Of a DNA stretch of 64,000 nucleotides, positions 55,902-64,000 are shown piece after piece (positions within the stretch are counted from its first letter, which is position 1; each line of letters opens with the position of its first letter). This DNA comes from Pseudomonadota bacterium (GTDB taxonomy: Bacteria; Myxococcota; JACRCW01; JAFGSX01), in NCBI GenBank assembly GCA_043821645.1, contig JBDRCO010000089.1, positions 40,908 to 104,907 on the forward strand, written 5' to 3'. Both the position numbers and the translations under genes were made by a program. Under the pieces are notes generated by a model. The model ran no database searches. It was not told the DNA's origin and saw only the letters and a list, made by a program, of their open reading frames with translations.

Positions 55902-56291
55902 GTTCAGCTCCTCTTGCCGGTCCGATTTTTTCGTCAGGCGCTGCACCGGCCCCAGCGTCGGACGGTGGAGAGGCCATTCCCGCCCTCCACGCGGATAGCG
56001 GTAGGCACGGCCCAGGGGCCGGCACGGAGGATTCCTGGACAAGACCCGCCGCAGGCGGGGGAGGCATCAGGCATCCTCGGCCCGCAGCCGAGCCCCAGAC
56101 CCAGGCTGAAGGTCGTGGCGTCGAGCACCTGCGAGCCCCCGCCCTTTCCTGCCGGGCCCAGGAACGCGTTTGCCATTCCGCCCACCTCGTGACCTGTGGT
56201 ACTTCACCCAACGGAACGAGGCCCGCCGACGTCGAGCCCATGCGGGGGGCGCGCCGGTCCCCCCGTCCGATCGCGACCAGGAGACTGCCCG

Positions 56292-58754
56292 ATGCCTCTC
56301 AAGAAATCCGAGCTCTACAGCTCGCTCTGGAAGAGCTGCGACGAGCTGCGCGGCGGCATGGATGCCTCGCAGTACAAGGACTACGTCCTGGTCCTGCTGT
56401 TCATGAAGTACGTCTCCGACAAGTACGCCGGCCAGAAGGACGCCCTGCTCGACGTGCCCAAGGGTGGCAGCTTCGCAGACATGGTAGCACTCAAGGGCGA
56501 CAAGGAGATCGGCGACAAGATCAACAAGATCATAGGCAAGCTCGCTGACAAGAACGACCTCAGGGGCGTCATCGACGTCGCCGACTGGAACGACACCGAC
56601 AAGCTGGGCAAGGGCAAGGAGATGGTCGACCGCCTGTCGAGGCTGGTCGGCATCTTCGAGGGGCTCGACTTTGGCAAGAACCGGGCGGACGGCGACGATC
56701 TGCTCGGGGACGCCTACGAGTACCTGATGCGGCACTTCGCCACCGAGTCGGGCAAGAGCAAGGGGCAGTTCTACACCCCTGCCGAGGTCTCGCGCATCCT
56801 GTCTCGGGTCATCGGCGTCGACCAGGCCAAGAACTCGAAGCAAGCCATCCATGACCCGACCTGCGGCTCGGGCTCGCTCTTGCTCAAGGCCCACGACGAG
56901 GCCAAGGGCAACACCGGCCTCGACCTCGCCCTGTACGGGCAGGAGATGGACGTGGCCACCGCCGCCCTGGCCCGCATGAACATGATCTTGCACGACTGCA
57001 TCACCGCCGAGGTGAAGCAGGGCAACACGCTGGCGAGCCCCCACTACACGGACAAGAGCGGGCTCAAGACCTTCGACTTCGTGGTGGCCAATCCACCGTT
57101 CTCCAACAAGGCCTGGAGCAACGGCCTGCACCCCGAGGACGACGAGTACAAGCGCTTCGAGTTTGGCATCCCCCCGGCCAAGAACGGCGACTACGCCTTC
57201 TTGCTGCACGTGCTCACGAGCCTCAAGAGCACCGGCAAGGGCGCCATCATCTTGCCCCATGGCGTGCTCTTTCGCGGCGGCGCCGAGGCCAACATCCGCA
57301 GGGAGATCGTCAGGCGCGGCTACATCAAGGGCATCATCGGCCTGCCCCCCAACCTCTTCTACGGCACGGGCATCCCGGCCTGCATCGTCGTGCTCGACAA
57401 GGAGAACGCCCACGCCCGCAAGGGCATCTTCATGCTCGACGCCTCCAAGGGCTTCATCAAGGACGGCCCCAAGAACCGCCTGCGGGCCCAGGACATCCAC
57501 CGCATCGTCGACACCTTCAACCGGCAGGTCGAGGTCGAGCGCTACGCCCGCATGGTGGGGCTGTCAGAGATCTCCGACCCCAAGAACGACTTCAACCTCA
57601 ACCTGCCCCGCTACATCGACAGCACCGAGCCCGAGGACATCCAGGACATCGACGGTCACCTCCGGGGTGGCATCCCTGATCGGGACATCGACGCCCTCGC
57701 CTCATACTGGGAGGTGTTCCCGGCGGTGCGCTCGCTCCTGTTCAAGTCGGCGGGGCGCGAGGGCTACTGCCAGCTCAAGGTGCCGGTAACCGAGGTGAAG
57801 GCCGCCATCTTCGGGCATGAGCAGTTCACCGCGTTCATCGCCACGGTCACCAAGCTGTTCGAGCAATGGAAGAAGGCCAACACCGCCCGGCTACACGGCA
57901 TCGAGGTCGGCGACAAGCCCAAGGCCCTGATCGGCACGCTGTCCGAGGACTTGCTGGGGATCTTCCACAAGGCCCCGCTGGTCGATGGCTACGACGTGTA
58001 CCAGCGGCTGATGGACTACTGGGCCACGACCATGCAGGACGACGTGTACCTCATCGTCCACTCGGGTTGGGTCGAGGCGGCGAAGCCCAGGCACATCATC
58101 GAGAGCAAGGAGAACAAGAGCAAGGAGGAGCCCGACTTCGTCGTCGACAAGAAGAAGTTCAAGTCCGACCTCATCCCGGCCCGCCTGCTCGTCGCACGCT
58201 ATTTCCAGAAGGAGCAGGCCGCCATCGACGAGGCGGAGGCCTCGCTCGCGGCAGCCGAGCAGCAGCTCGAAGAGCTCAAGGACGAGCACGGGGGCGAGGG
58301 TGGTCTGCTCGAGGTGGTCATCGAGGGTGAGGGCGACAAGCGCAAGATCTCGAGGAAGGCCGTGACTGCGCTGCTGGATGAGATTGCAGGGGACAAGGAA
58401 GCTGCCGACGAGCGTGAGATTCTTGAGCTGTACCTTGGTGTTCTGGATCAGGCGTCCGACGCAAAGGGAGTGCTGAAGGCCGCTCGGAGCACGCTGGAGG
58501 CCAAGGTCGCCGCCCATTACGGCAAGCTCAAGGAAGCCGACATCAAGGCACTGGTGGTCGAGGACAAGTGGCTGGCGCAGCTTGCTGCCGACGTGCGGGG
58601 AGAGCTCGACCGTGTGTCTCAGGCGCTGACTGCTCGGATCAAGGAGTTGGCCGAGCGATACGAAGCACCACTGCCGGTGCTCCTGGCCCAGCTTGAAGGA
58701 CTATCGGCCAAGGTCGATGGGCACCTCCGACGTATGGGGGCGGTATGGAATTGA
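56292..58754 (+). CDS. hsdM: Type I R-M methyltransferase subunit (long form)
   Basis: LW.SCDELRG.MDAS.YKDY, GQFYTP, DPTCGSGSLL, NPPF, PHGVLFRG; AGGAG RBS. Confidence 0.96.
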   Translation: MPLKKSELYSSLWKSCDELRGGMDASQYKDYVLVLLFMKYVSDKYAGQKDALLDVPKGGSFADMVALKGDKEIGDKINKIIGKLADKNDLRGVIDVADWNDTDKLGKGKEMVDRLSRLVGIFEGLDFGKNRADGDDLLGDAYEYLMRHFATESGKSKGQFYTPAEVSRILSRVIGVDQAKNSKQAIHDPTCGSGSLLLKAHDEAKGNTGLDLALYGQEMDVATAALARMNMILHDCITAEVKQGNTLASPHYTDKSGLKTFDFVVANPPFSNKAWSNGLHPEDDEYKRFEFGIPPAKNGDYAFLLHVLTSLKSTGKGAIILPHGVLFRGGAEANIRREIVRRGYIKGIIGLPPNLFYGTGIPACIVVLDKENAHARKGIFMLDASKGFIKDGPKNRLRAQDIHRIVDTFNRQVEVERYARMVGLSEISDPKNDFNLNLPRYIDSTEPEDIQDIDGHLRGGIPDRDIDALASYWEVFPAVRSLLFKSAGREGYCQLKVPVTEVKAAIFGHEQFTAFIATVTKLFEQWKKANTARLHGIEVGDKPKALIGTLSEDLLGIFHKAPLVDGYDVYQRLMDYWATTMQDDVYLIVHSGWVEAAKPRHIIESKENKSKEEPDFVVDKKKFKSDLIPARLLVARYFQKEQAAIDEAEASLAAAEQQLEELKDEHGGEGGLLEVVIEGEGDKRKISRKAVTALLDEIAGDKEAADEREILELYLGVLDQASDAKGVLKAARSTLEAKVAAHYGKLKEADIKALVVEDKWLAQLAADVRGELDRVSQALTARIKELAERYEAPLPVLLAQLEGLSAKVDGHLRRMGAVWN

Positions 58755-59992
58755 GGCCTGGATACAGACGGACCGAAGTTGGGGCGATCCCCGAGAATTG
58801 GGACGTCGGGGCCCTCGGCGGAATCGCAAGAATCAAGACCGGCCCCTTTGGCACACTTCTCAAAGCCCATGAGTATTCGTCCGGTGACGGTGTCCCGTTG
58901 ATTTCGGTCGGCGAGGTGGGAGAAGGCCAGCTTCGAGTTGACGCTGACACGCCCCGCGTGCCGGCCTCCGTGTTGAGGCGACTTCCAGAGTACATTTTGC
59001 AGGCTGGAGACATCGTTGTTGGGAGGAAGGGAGCAGTAGACCGCTCGGCGCTAGTGGGGGCTCAGCAGTCCGGATGGTTTCTCGGATCTGACGGTATTCG
59101 CATTCGACCGTTGAACGGTTGCCATCCCCCGTTTGTCGCCTGGCAGCTTCAAAGGGGCGATGTTCGTTCGTGGCTTCTGCAAAACGCGACGGGCACCACA
59201 ATGCCGTCGATGAATCAGGAGATACTCAGCCGCGTCGTCCTGCCGCTGCCGCCACTGGTCGAACAACGCGCCATCGCCACCGCCCTGTTGGATGTCGATG
59301 CCCTGATCACCAAGATCGACCAGCTCATCACCAAGAAGCGGGACCTCAAGCAGGGCGCCATGCAGCAGCTCCTCACCGGCAAGACGCGGCTGCAGGGGTT
59401 CAAGGGGGAGTGGGAGACCAAGCGGCTCGGCGCGATCTGTCAAATTCGGATGGGTCGTACTCCTAGCCGTCTCAATCAGGCCTACTGGGGTCCTGGTCAC
59501 ACCTGGCTTTCGATTTCGGATCTCCAAGAAAAGGTCGTCTCGGCGTCGAAGGAGCAGATCACGGAACTGGGTGCGCAAGGCATGGAGGTCGTGCCGGCGG
59601 GCACTCTGCTGATGAGCTTCAAGCTCTCAATAGGACGCCTGGCGTTTGCCGGCTGCTGCCTCTACACGAATGAGGCGATTTGCAGCTTCAACGATATCCA
59701 GGCGAGTGCCGACTATCTCTACTACGCGCTCGCTCGCACCGACTTCTCGCTTTACGGAAAGCAGGCTGTGAAGGGCCACACGCTGAACACTCAATCGCTG
59801 AAGGAAATTGAGGTTCGCCTTCCCGAGCGTCCCGAACAGGACGCGATTTCATCGATTCTCTCAGACATGGACACCGAACTCGCCGCCCTCGAAAACCGCC
59901 GCGACAAGACCCGCGCTCTCAAGCAAGGGATGATGCAGGAATTACTAACTGGACGAATACGGCTTTTACCGAAATCGGGGTGTCCTGCATGA
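58745..59992 (+). CDS. hsdS: Type I R-M specificity subunit
   Basis: TEVG.IPENW, PPL.EQRAIA..L, K.G.MQ.LLTG twice; two TRDs. Confidence 0.95.
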   Translation: MELRPGYRRTEVGAIPENWDVGALGGIARIKTGPFGTLLKAHEYSSGDGVPLISVGEVGEGQLRVDADTPRVPASVLRRLPEYILQAGDIVVGRKGAVDRSALVGAQQSGWFLGSDGIRIRPLNGCHPPFVAWQLQRGDVRSWLLQNATGTTMPSMNQEILSRVVLPLPPLVEQRAIATALLDVDALITKIDQLITKKRDLKQGAMQQLLTGKTRLQGFKGEWETKRLGAICQIRMGRTPSRLNQAYWGPGHTWLSISDLQEKVVSASKEQITELGAQGMEVVPAGTLLMSFKLSIGRLAFAGCCLYTNEAICSFNDIQASADYLYYALARTDFSLYGKQAVKGHTLNTQSLKEIEVRLPERPEQDAISSILSDMDTELAALENRRDKTRALKQGMMQELLTGRIRLLPKSGCPA

Positions 59993-61860
59993 ATAGCGGT
60001 CGCTACCCCGATGGACTCGTTGTCACAACCCAGGATTTCATCGACTGTGGGTGGAGAACCGTATTGGACAGTGCCACACGAGAGGGTTATCCATCGATGT
60101 GGCAGGCATTCGCAGGCGCAGCAAAGAAAGCCATCGACGAAAACCGACTGGCTCATGGCAAGGTCCTATGGCTCTTGGCTGATGCCTGTTCGATGATGCT
60201 AGCTCCCGATAGCCCGAGCGAGCCATTCAGGCCAATCATGGTGCTCCAGGGCCGACGCACAACAATTGTCGACGATTTATCCGATGCTGACATCTCCTTC
60301 TACGCTCAAATCGTAGAAGTTTTTGATGACCCGTGGCTGAATGCACGTTTGGCAGATATCGTTTGGCACAAACAGAAACCGCGTGAAGTTAAGTACGCGC
60401 TGATGGCCATAGACAGCTACCGGCGAATCCCTCTTGAAACGGATATCTGGGTGAGCGGAGGCGATGAATGCTGGAAGCGGGCGATTGCATTAGCAATCCT
60501 GCTAAAGAAAGGCGCCGGTAGTAGACTAAAAGAGATGGAACATGACGTTCTCATGGCGTTCGGTTGGGCAACACGGGAGGATGGCTTCCTGGCATGTTGG
60601 CTTGCCGTTCTATTGGATTCAAATGGACTTGGCAATTCCGCTATCGACGAAATTGCACAGAAGCTGGAATCACTAGCTTCTGAGTTTGATAGAGACAGCG
60701 ATCTTAACAGATCGCGTGGGTATTTTGAGGAATCAAGGAAGTGGTTTCAGAAAGCTGAAAATGTTTCAAAGACAACCTCTATGACTGCTGCCGTAGCGGA
60801 GACCTGGGTCAAGGAAGCCGCTAGACGTCTCGAGAGCAAAGACCCCAGCAACATGGTTGCCGCTACATTTTATGAAAAGGCCATACAGATCTATCGCACG
60901 ATTCCTCACTCAGAGCGCGGCCCCCATCGAACAGCTGAACGTCTTGAAGAACTTCGGACAAAACTCTCAGATGCAGGTGAAAAATCATTGGGCGAGATGC
61001 GGCCTATCAGCGTTCCTGGTGCCGATATAAGTCAGATTGTGGGCAGTGCTCGAAGTGCAGTGGGTGGCAAAGCAGCTGTTGAAGCACTAAGAGCATTTGC
61101 CAATCTTTGCCGCACAGCAAACTGCAACGAGATGCGGCAGAACGCACTTACTATGCTAAACGAACATCCCCTGCAGGCACTTTTTGGAAACAGCGTCCTC
61201 AGCCAAGACGGGCGAGTTATTGCCAAGGCAAAAGGGCTAAGTCACGGCGCCGAGCCAACCGAAGATGACGAGATAACCATTCGTACCACTATGATCAGAG
61301 AGTATGGGATCATGGTGGGCATCAACGTTTTAGGCAACATTCTCCCTGCATTAGAGGTGCTGCTGCTGGAGCAACACCTAAAAGAGCCTGATTTCATCTC
61401 ATTATGCCGCCAATCCCCCATAGTCCCAGTTGGTCGTGCTCGACTGTTCGGGAAAGCTCTATTTGCAGGGTATGACCGCGATTTTATCAGCGCTCTCCAT
61501 CTGCTAACCCCGCAAATTGAGAACATGGTACGATACCATTTAAAACAAGCAGGAGCGAAGACCACGAATCTCGATCAGCAAGGTATCGAGAATGAAAATG
61601 GCCTGAGTACGCTCATTGAATTGCCCGAGGCAGAGAGAGTCTTTGGACCAGACCTCGTGTTCGAGATCAAGACCTTGTTTTGCGATTCCTTTGGCTCAAA
61701 TTTGCGAAATGAAATTTCACATGGTTTGCTCAATGACGATTCTTTTCAGTCTGCAGCGGTGGTGTACGCGTGGTGGCTCGGGCTGAAACTCGTTTTCAAT
61801 ACATTCTGGAATGCCGCAAGAAAACCTGCTGAAGCCGGCGGGGAAGGTCAAGAAGAATGA
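59989..61860 (+). CDS. DUF4209-like HEPN-motif protein (putative defence RNase)
   Basis: AT-rich ORF of about 620 aa with helical N-terminus, LLTPQIEN.VR and C-terminal GSNLRNEISHG (RxxxxH). Confidence 0.75.
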   Translation: MNSGRYPDGLVVTTQDFIDCGWRTVLDSATREGYPSMWQAFAGAAKKAIDENRLAHGKVLWLLADACSMMLAPDSPSEPFRPIMVLQGRRTTIVDDLSDADISFYAQIVEVFDDPWLNARLADIVWHKQKPREVKYALMAIDSYRRIPLETDIWVSGGDECWKRAIALAILLKKGAGSRLKEMEHDVLMAFGWATREDGFLACWLAVLLDSNGLGNSAIDEIAQKLESLASEFDRDSDLNRSRGYFEESRKWFQKAENVSKTTSMTAAVAETWVKEAARRLESKDPSNMVAATFYEKAIQIYRTIPHSERGPHRTAERLEELRTKLSDAGEKSLGEMRPISVPGADISQIVGSARSAVGGKAAVEALRAFANLCRTANCNEMRQNALTMLNEHPLQALFGNSVLSQDGRVIAKAKGLSHGAEPTEDDEITIRTTMIREYGIMVGINVLGNILPALEVLLLEQHLKEPDFISLCRQSPIVPVGRARLFGKALFAGYDRDFISALHLLTPQIENMVRYHLKQAGAKTTNLDQQGIENENGLSTLIELPEAERVFGPDLVFEIKTLFCDSFGSNLRNEISHGLLNDDSFQSAAVVYAWWLGLKLVFNTFWNAARKPAEAGGEGQEE

Positions 61861-64000
61861 GCTCAGTCGGCCAGATCGAAAAGAAGACGCAGAAGCGTGT
61901 CGTCAAGCTCTTCAGCGGTGAGCCTTCGGAGGGCGGTCTTGGCTATGTGTACCTCGGCAGCTGGATCGACCACGAGGGCAACAGCAACATCGACGAGCCG
62001 CTGCTGCGGGAGTTTCTCTCCGGGAAGCAGCACTACGACGACGGACTCATCACCCGAGCCCTGCACCAGCTCACCAAGACCGCCGCTGACACCAGCAAGA
62101 CCATTTACGACCGCAACCGGGCCGTCTACGAGTTGCTCCGCTATGGCGTGAAGGTGAAGCCCGACGTGGGTGAGCACACCGAGACCGTGTGGCTCATCGA
62201 CTGGAAGCACCCCGAGAAGAACAACTTTGGCGTGGCCGAAGAAGTCGCCATCCAGCCGGTCGACCCCACCGCCCACGGCAAGCGCCCCGACGTTGTCCTC
62301 TACGTCAACGGCATCGCCCTGGTCGTGCTGGAGCTCAAGCGCTCGACGGTTTCGGTGACAGAGGGCATCCGTCAGCAGCTCGATAACCAGAAGAAGATGT
62401 TCATCGAGCACTTCTTCTCGACGGCGCAGTGGCTCCTTGCCGGCAACGACACCGAGGGGCTGCGCTACGGCTCCATCCAGACTCCTGAGAAGTACTACCT
62501 CAGATGGAAAGAGGACGGGCTCGAGCCTAACCCGCTCGACCGTGCCCTGCTTCAGCTATGCGCCAAGGAGCGCTTGCTTGAGCTCGTCCACGACTTCATC
62601 GTCTTCGACGCCGGCATCAAGAAGCTCTGCCGTCACAACCAGTACTTCGGCGTGCGGGCCGCCCAGGACTTCGCCAAGCGTCGCGAGGGCGGCATCATCT
62701 GGCACACCCAAGGCTCAGGCAAGAGCCTGACCATGGTGTGGCTGGCAAAGTGGATTCGAGAGCACGTGAAGGACGGTCGGGTGCTCATCATCACCGACCG
62801 CAACGAGCTCGACGAGCAGATCGAAGGGGTGTTCAAGGGAGTCAACGAGGACATCTACCGCACCAAGAGCGGGGCCGATCTGACAGGCACACTGAACGCC
62901 ACCACACCGTGGCTCGTGTGCTCGCTGGTTCACAAGTTCGGCGCCCACAAGAGCAGTGATGACGACGGCGCCGTCGCCGACTACATCGCCGAGATCAAGA
63001 AGGCTCTCCCCAAGGGCTTCAAAGCCAAGGGCAGCCTCTTCGTCTTTGTTGACGAGTGCCACCGCACTCAGTCCGGCGATCTGCACAAGGCCATGAAGGC
63101 CATCCTGCCCGATGCCGTGTTCATCGGCTTCACCGGCACTCCGCTTCTCAAGGCCGACAGGCAAAAGAGCCTCGAAGTCTTTGGTCGCTACATCCACACC
63201 TACAAGTTCGACGAGGCCGTGCGAGATGGCGTTGTGCTCGACCTCCGCTACGAAGCGCGGGACATCGACCAGCGCATCACCTCGCAGGCCAAGATAGACG
63301 AATGGTTCGAGGCCAGCACTGCACCGCTGACCGATGTAGCCAAGGCCCAGCTCAAGCAGCGCTGGGGCACCATGCAGAAGGTCCTGTCGAGCAAGTCCCG
63401 GCTGGACCAAATCGTGGCCGACATCCTGATGGACATGGTCAAGCGTGACCGGCTCAAGAGCGGTCGAGGCAATGCCATGCTGGTGTCGGGGAGCATCTAC
63501 GAGGCCTGCAAGTTCTACGAGCTCTTCGCCAAGACGTGGCTCAAGGGAAAGTGCGCGATCATCACGTCATTCGTGCCTGCAGCCTCGGTCGTGAAGGGCG
63601 AAGAGACCGGCGCGGGGCTCACCGAAACGCTGGAGCAATACGACATCTACCAGCAGATGCTGGCCGACTGGTTCAACGAACCTGCCGGAATCGCGCTCTA
63701 CCGCGTGACCGAATTCGAACGCGAGGTGAAGAAGAAGTTCATAAACGAGCCAGGGCAGATGAAGTTGCTCATCGTCGTCGACAAGCTGCTCACCGGCTTC
63801 GATGCACCACCCGCCACGTACCTGTACATCGACAAGGAGATGCAGGACCACGGCCTCTTCCAGGCCATCTGCCGCACCAACCGCCTCGACGGTGAAGACA
63901 AAGACTACGGCCACATCGTGGACTACAAAGACCTCTTCAGGAAACTGGAAAATGCCATCGCCGTCTACACCTCCGAACTGGACGACAGCGCCGGCGGTCC
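61857..64000 (+). CDS. hsdR: Type I R-M restriction subunit (3' truncated by the window; missing from the ORF track)
   Basis: Manual translation MSSVGQIEKKTQKRVV...; RPDVVLYVNGIALVVLELK nuclease motif, IWHTQGSGKS Walker A, VDECHR, LLTGFD, QAICRTNR. Confidence 0.95.
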   Translation, partial: MSSVGQIEKKTQKRVVKLFSGEPSEGGLGYVYLGSWIDHEGNSNIDEPLLREFLSGKQHYDDGLITRALHQLTKTAADTSKTIYDRNRAVYELLRYGVKVKPDVGEHTETVWLIDWKHPEKNNFGVAEEVAIQPVDPTAHGKRPDVVLYVNGIALVVLELKRSTVSVTEGIRQQLDNQKKMFIEHFFSTAQWLLAGNDTEGLRYGSIQTPEKYYLRWKEDGLEPNPLDRALLQLCAKERLLELVHDFIVFDAGIKKLCRHNQYFGVRAAQDFAKRREGGIIWHTQGSGKSLTMVWLAKWIREHVKDGRVLIITDRNELDEQIEGVFKGVNEDIYRTKSGADLTGTLNATTPWLVCSLVHKFGAHKSSDDDGAVADYIAEIKKALPKGFKAKGSLFVFVDECHRTQSGDLHKAMKAILPDAVFIGFTGTPLLKADRQKSLEVFGRYIHTYKFDEAVRDGVVLDLRYEARDIDQRITSQAKIDEWFEASTAPLTDVAKAQLKQRWGTMQKVLSSKSRLDQIVADILMDMVKRDRLKSGRGNAMLVSGSIYEACKFYELFAKTWLKGKCAIITSFVPAASVVKGEETGAGLTETLEQYDIYQQMLADWFNEPAGIALYRVTEFEREVKKKFINEPGQMKLLIVVDKLLTGFDAPPATYLYIDKEMQDHGLFQAICRTNRLDGEDKDYGHIVDYKDLFRKLENAIAVYTSELDDSAGG

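Larger units (their letters stand above)
50232..64000. mobile_element. Integrative element / defence island inserted at tRNA-Met (right end outside the window)
   Basis: tRNA followed by integrase, excisionase-like HTH, replicase-like gene and R-M system; patchy, AT-richer composition. Confidence 0.85.

Noticed and set aside
55902-56291. Several hairpins upstream of hsdM as an ncRNA
   Set aside because: Short GC-rich stems are expected by chance in this divergent promoter region; no recognisable motif.
50232-64000. attR copy of the tRNA 3' end; prophage structural genes
   Set aside because: None seen by eye within the window, so the element's right boundary and size cannot be defined here.

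Overview
GC-rich window whose gene content points to a Myxococcota/deltaproteobacterial chromosome. 1-50.1 kb is mostly core genome: a gltD-E-F-G-H gliding-motility cluster, mtaB/thioesterase/enoyl-CoA hydratase, ilvE, a CPA1 Na+/H+ antiporter, a large CoA-dehydratase-activase-type protein coupled to a Ser/Thr kinase, two large secreted/surface proteins (one with FG-GAP repeats and a MYXO-CTERM-type anchor), a Snf2 helicase, a ribE-ribBA-ribH-nusB operon running into an MCP-less chemosensory cluster (with an ExeA-type ATPase and a HEAT-CheR fusion), then menG/ubiE, nnr and tsaE. An initiator tRNA-Met at 50156-50231 marks the left end of an integrated element that runs off the window. It carries an intact tyrosine integrase, a frameshifted relic of a second integrase, an excisionase-like HTH protein and a 742-aa protein with family-A polymerase-like motifs but no exonuclease. 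These are followed by two unannotated microproteins, an orphan gene, and a type I R-M system with an AT-rich HEPN-motif gene inserted between hsdS and hsdR. This element is the most novel part of the window. All calls come from motif reading by eye; no database searches were run.
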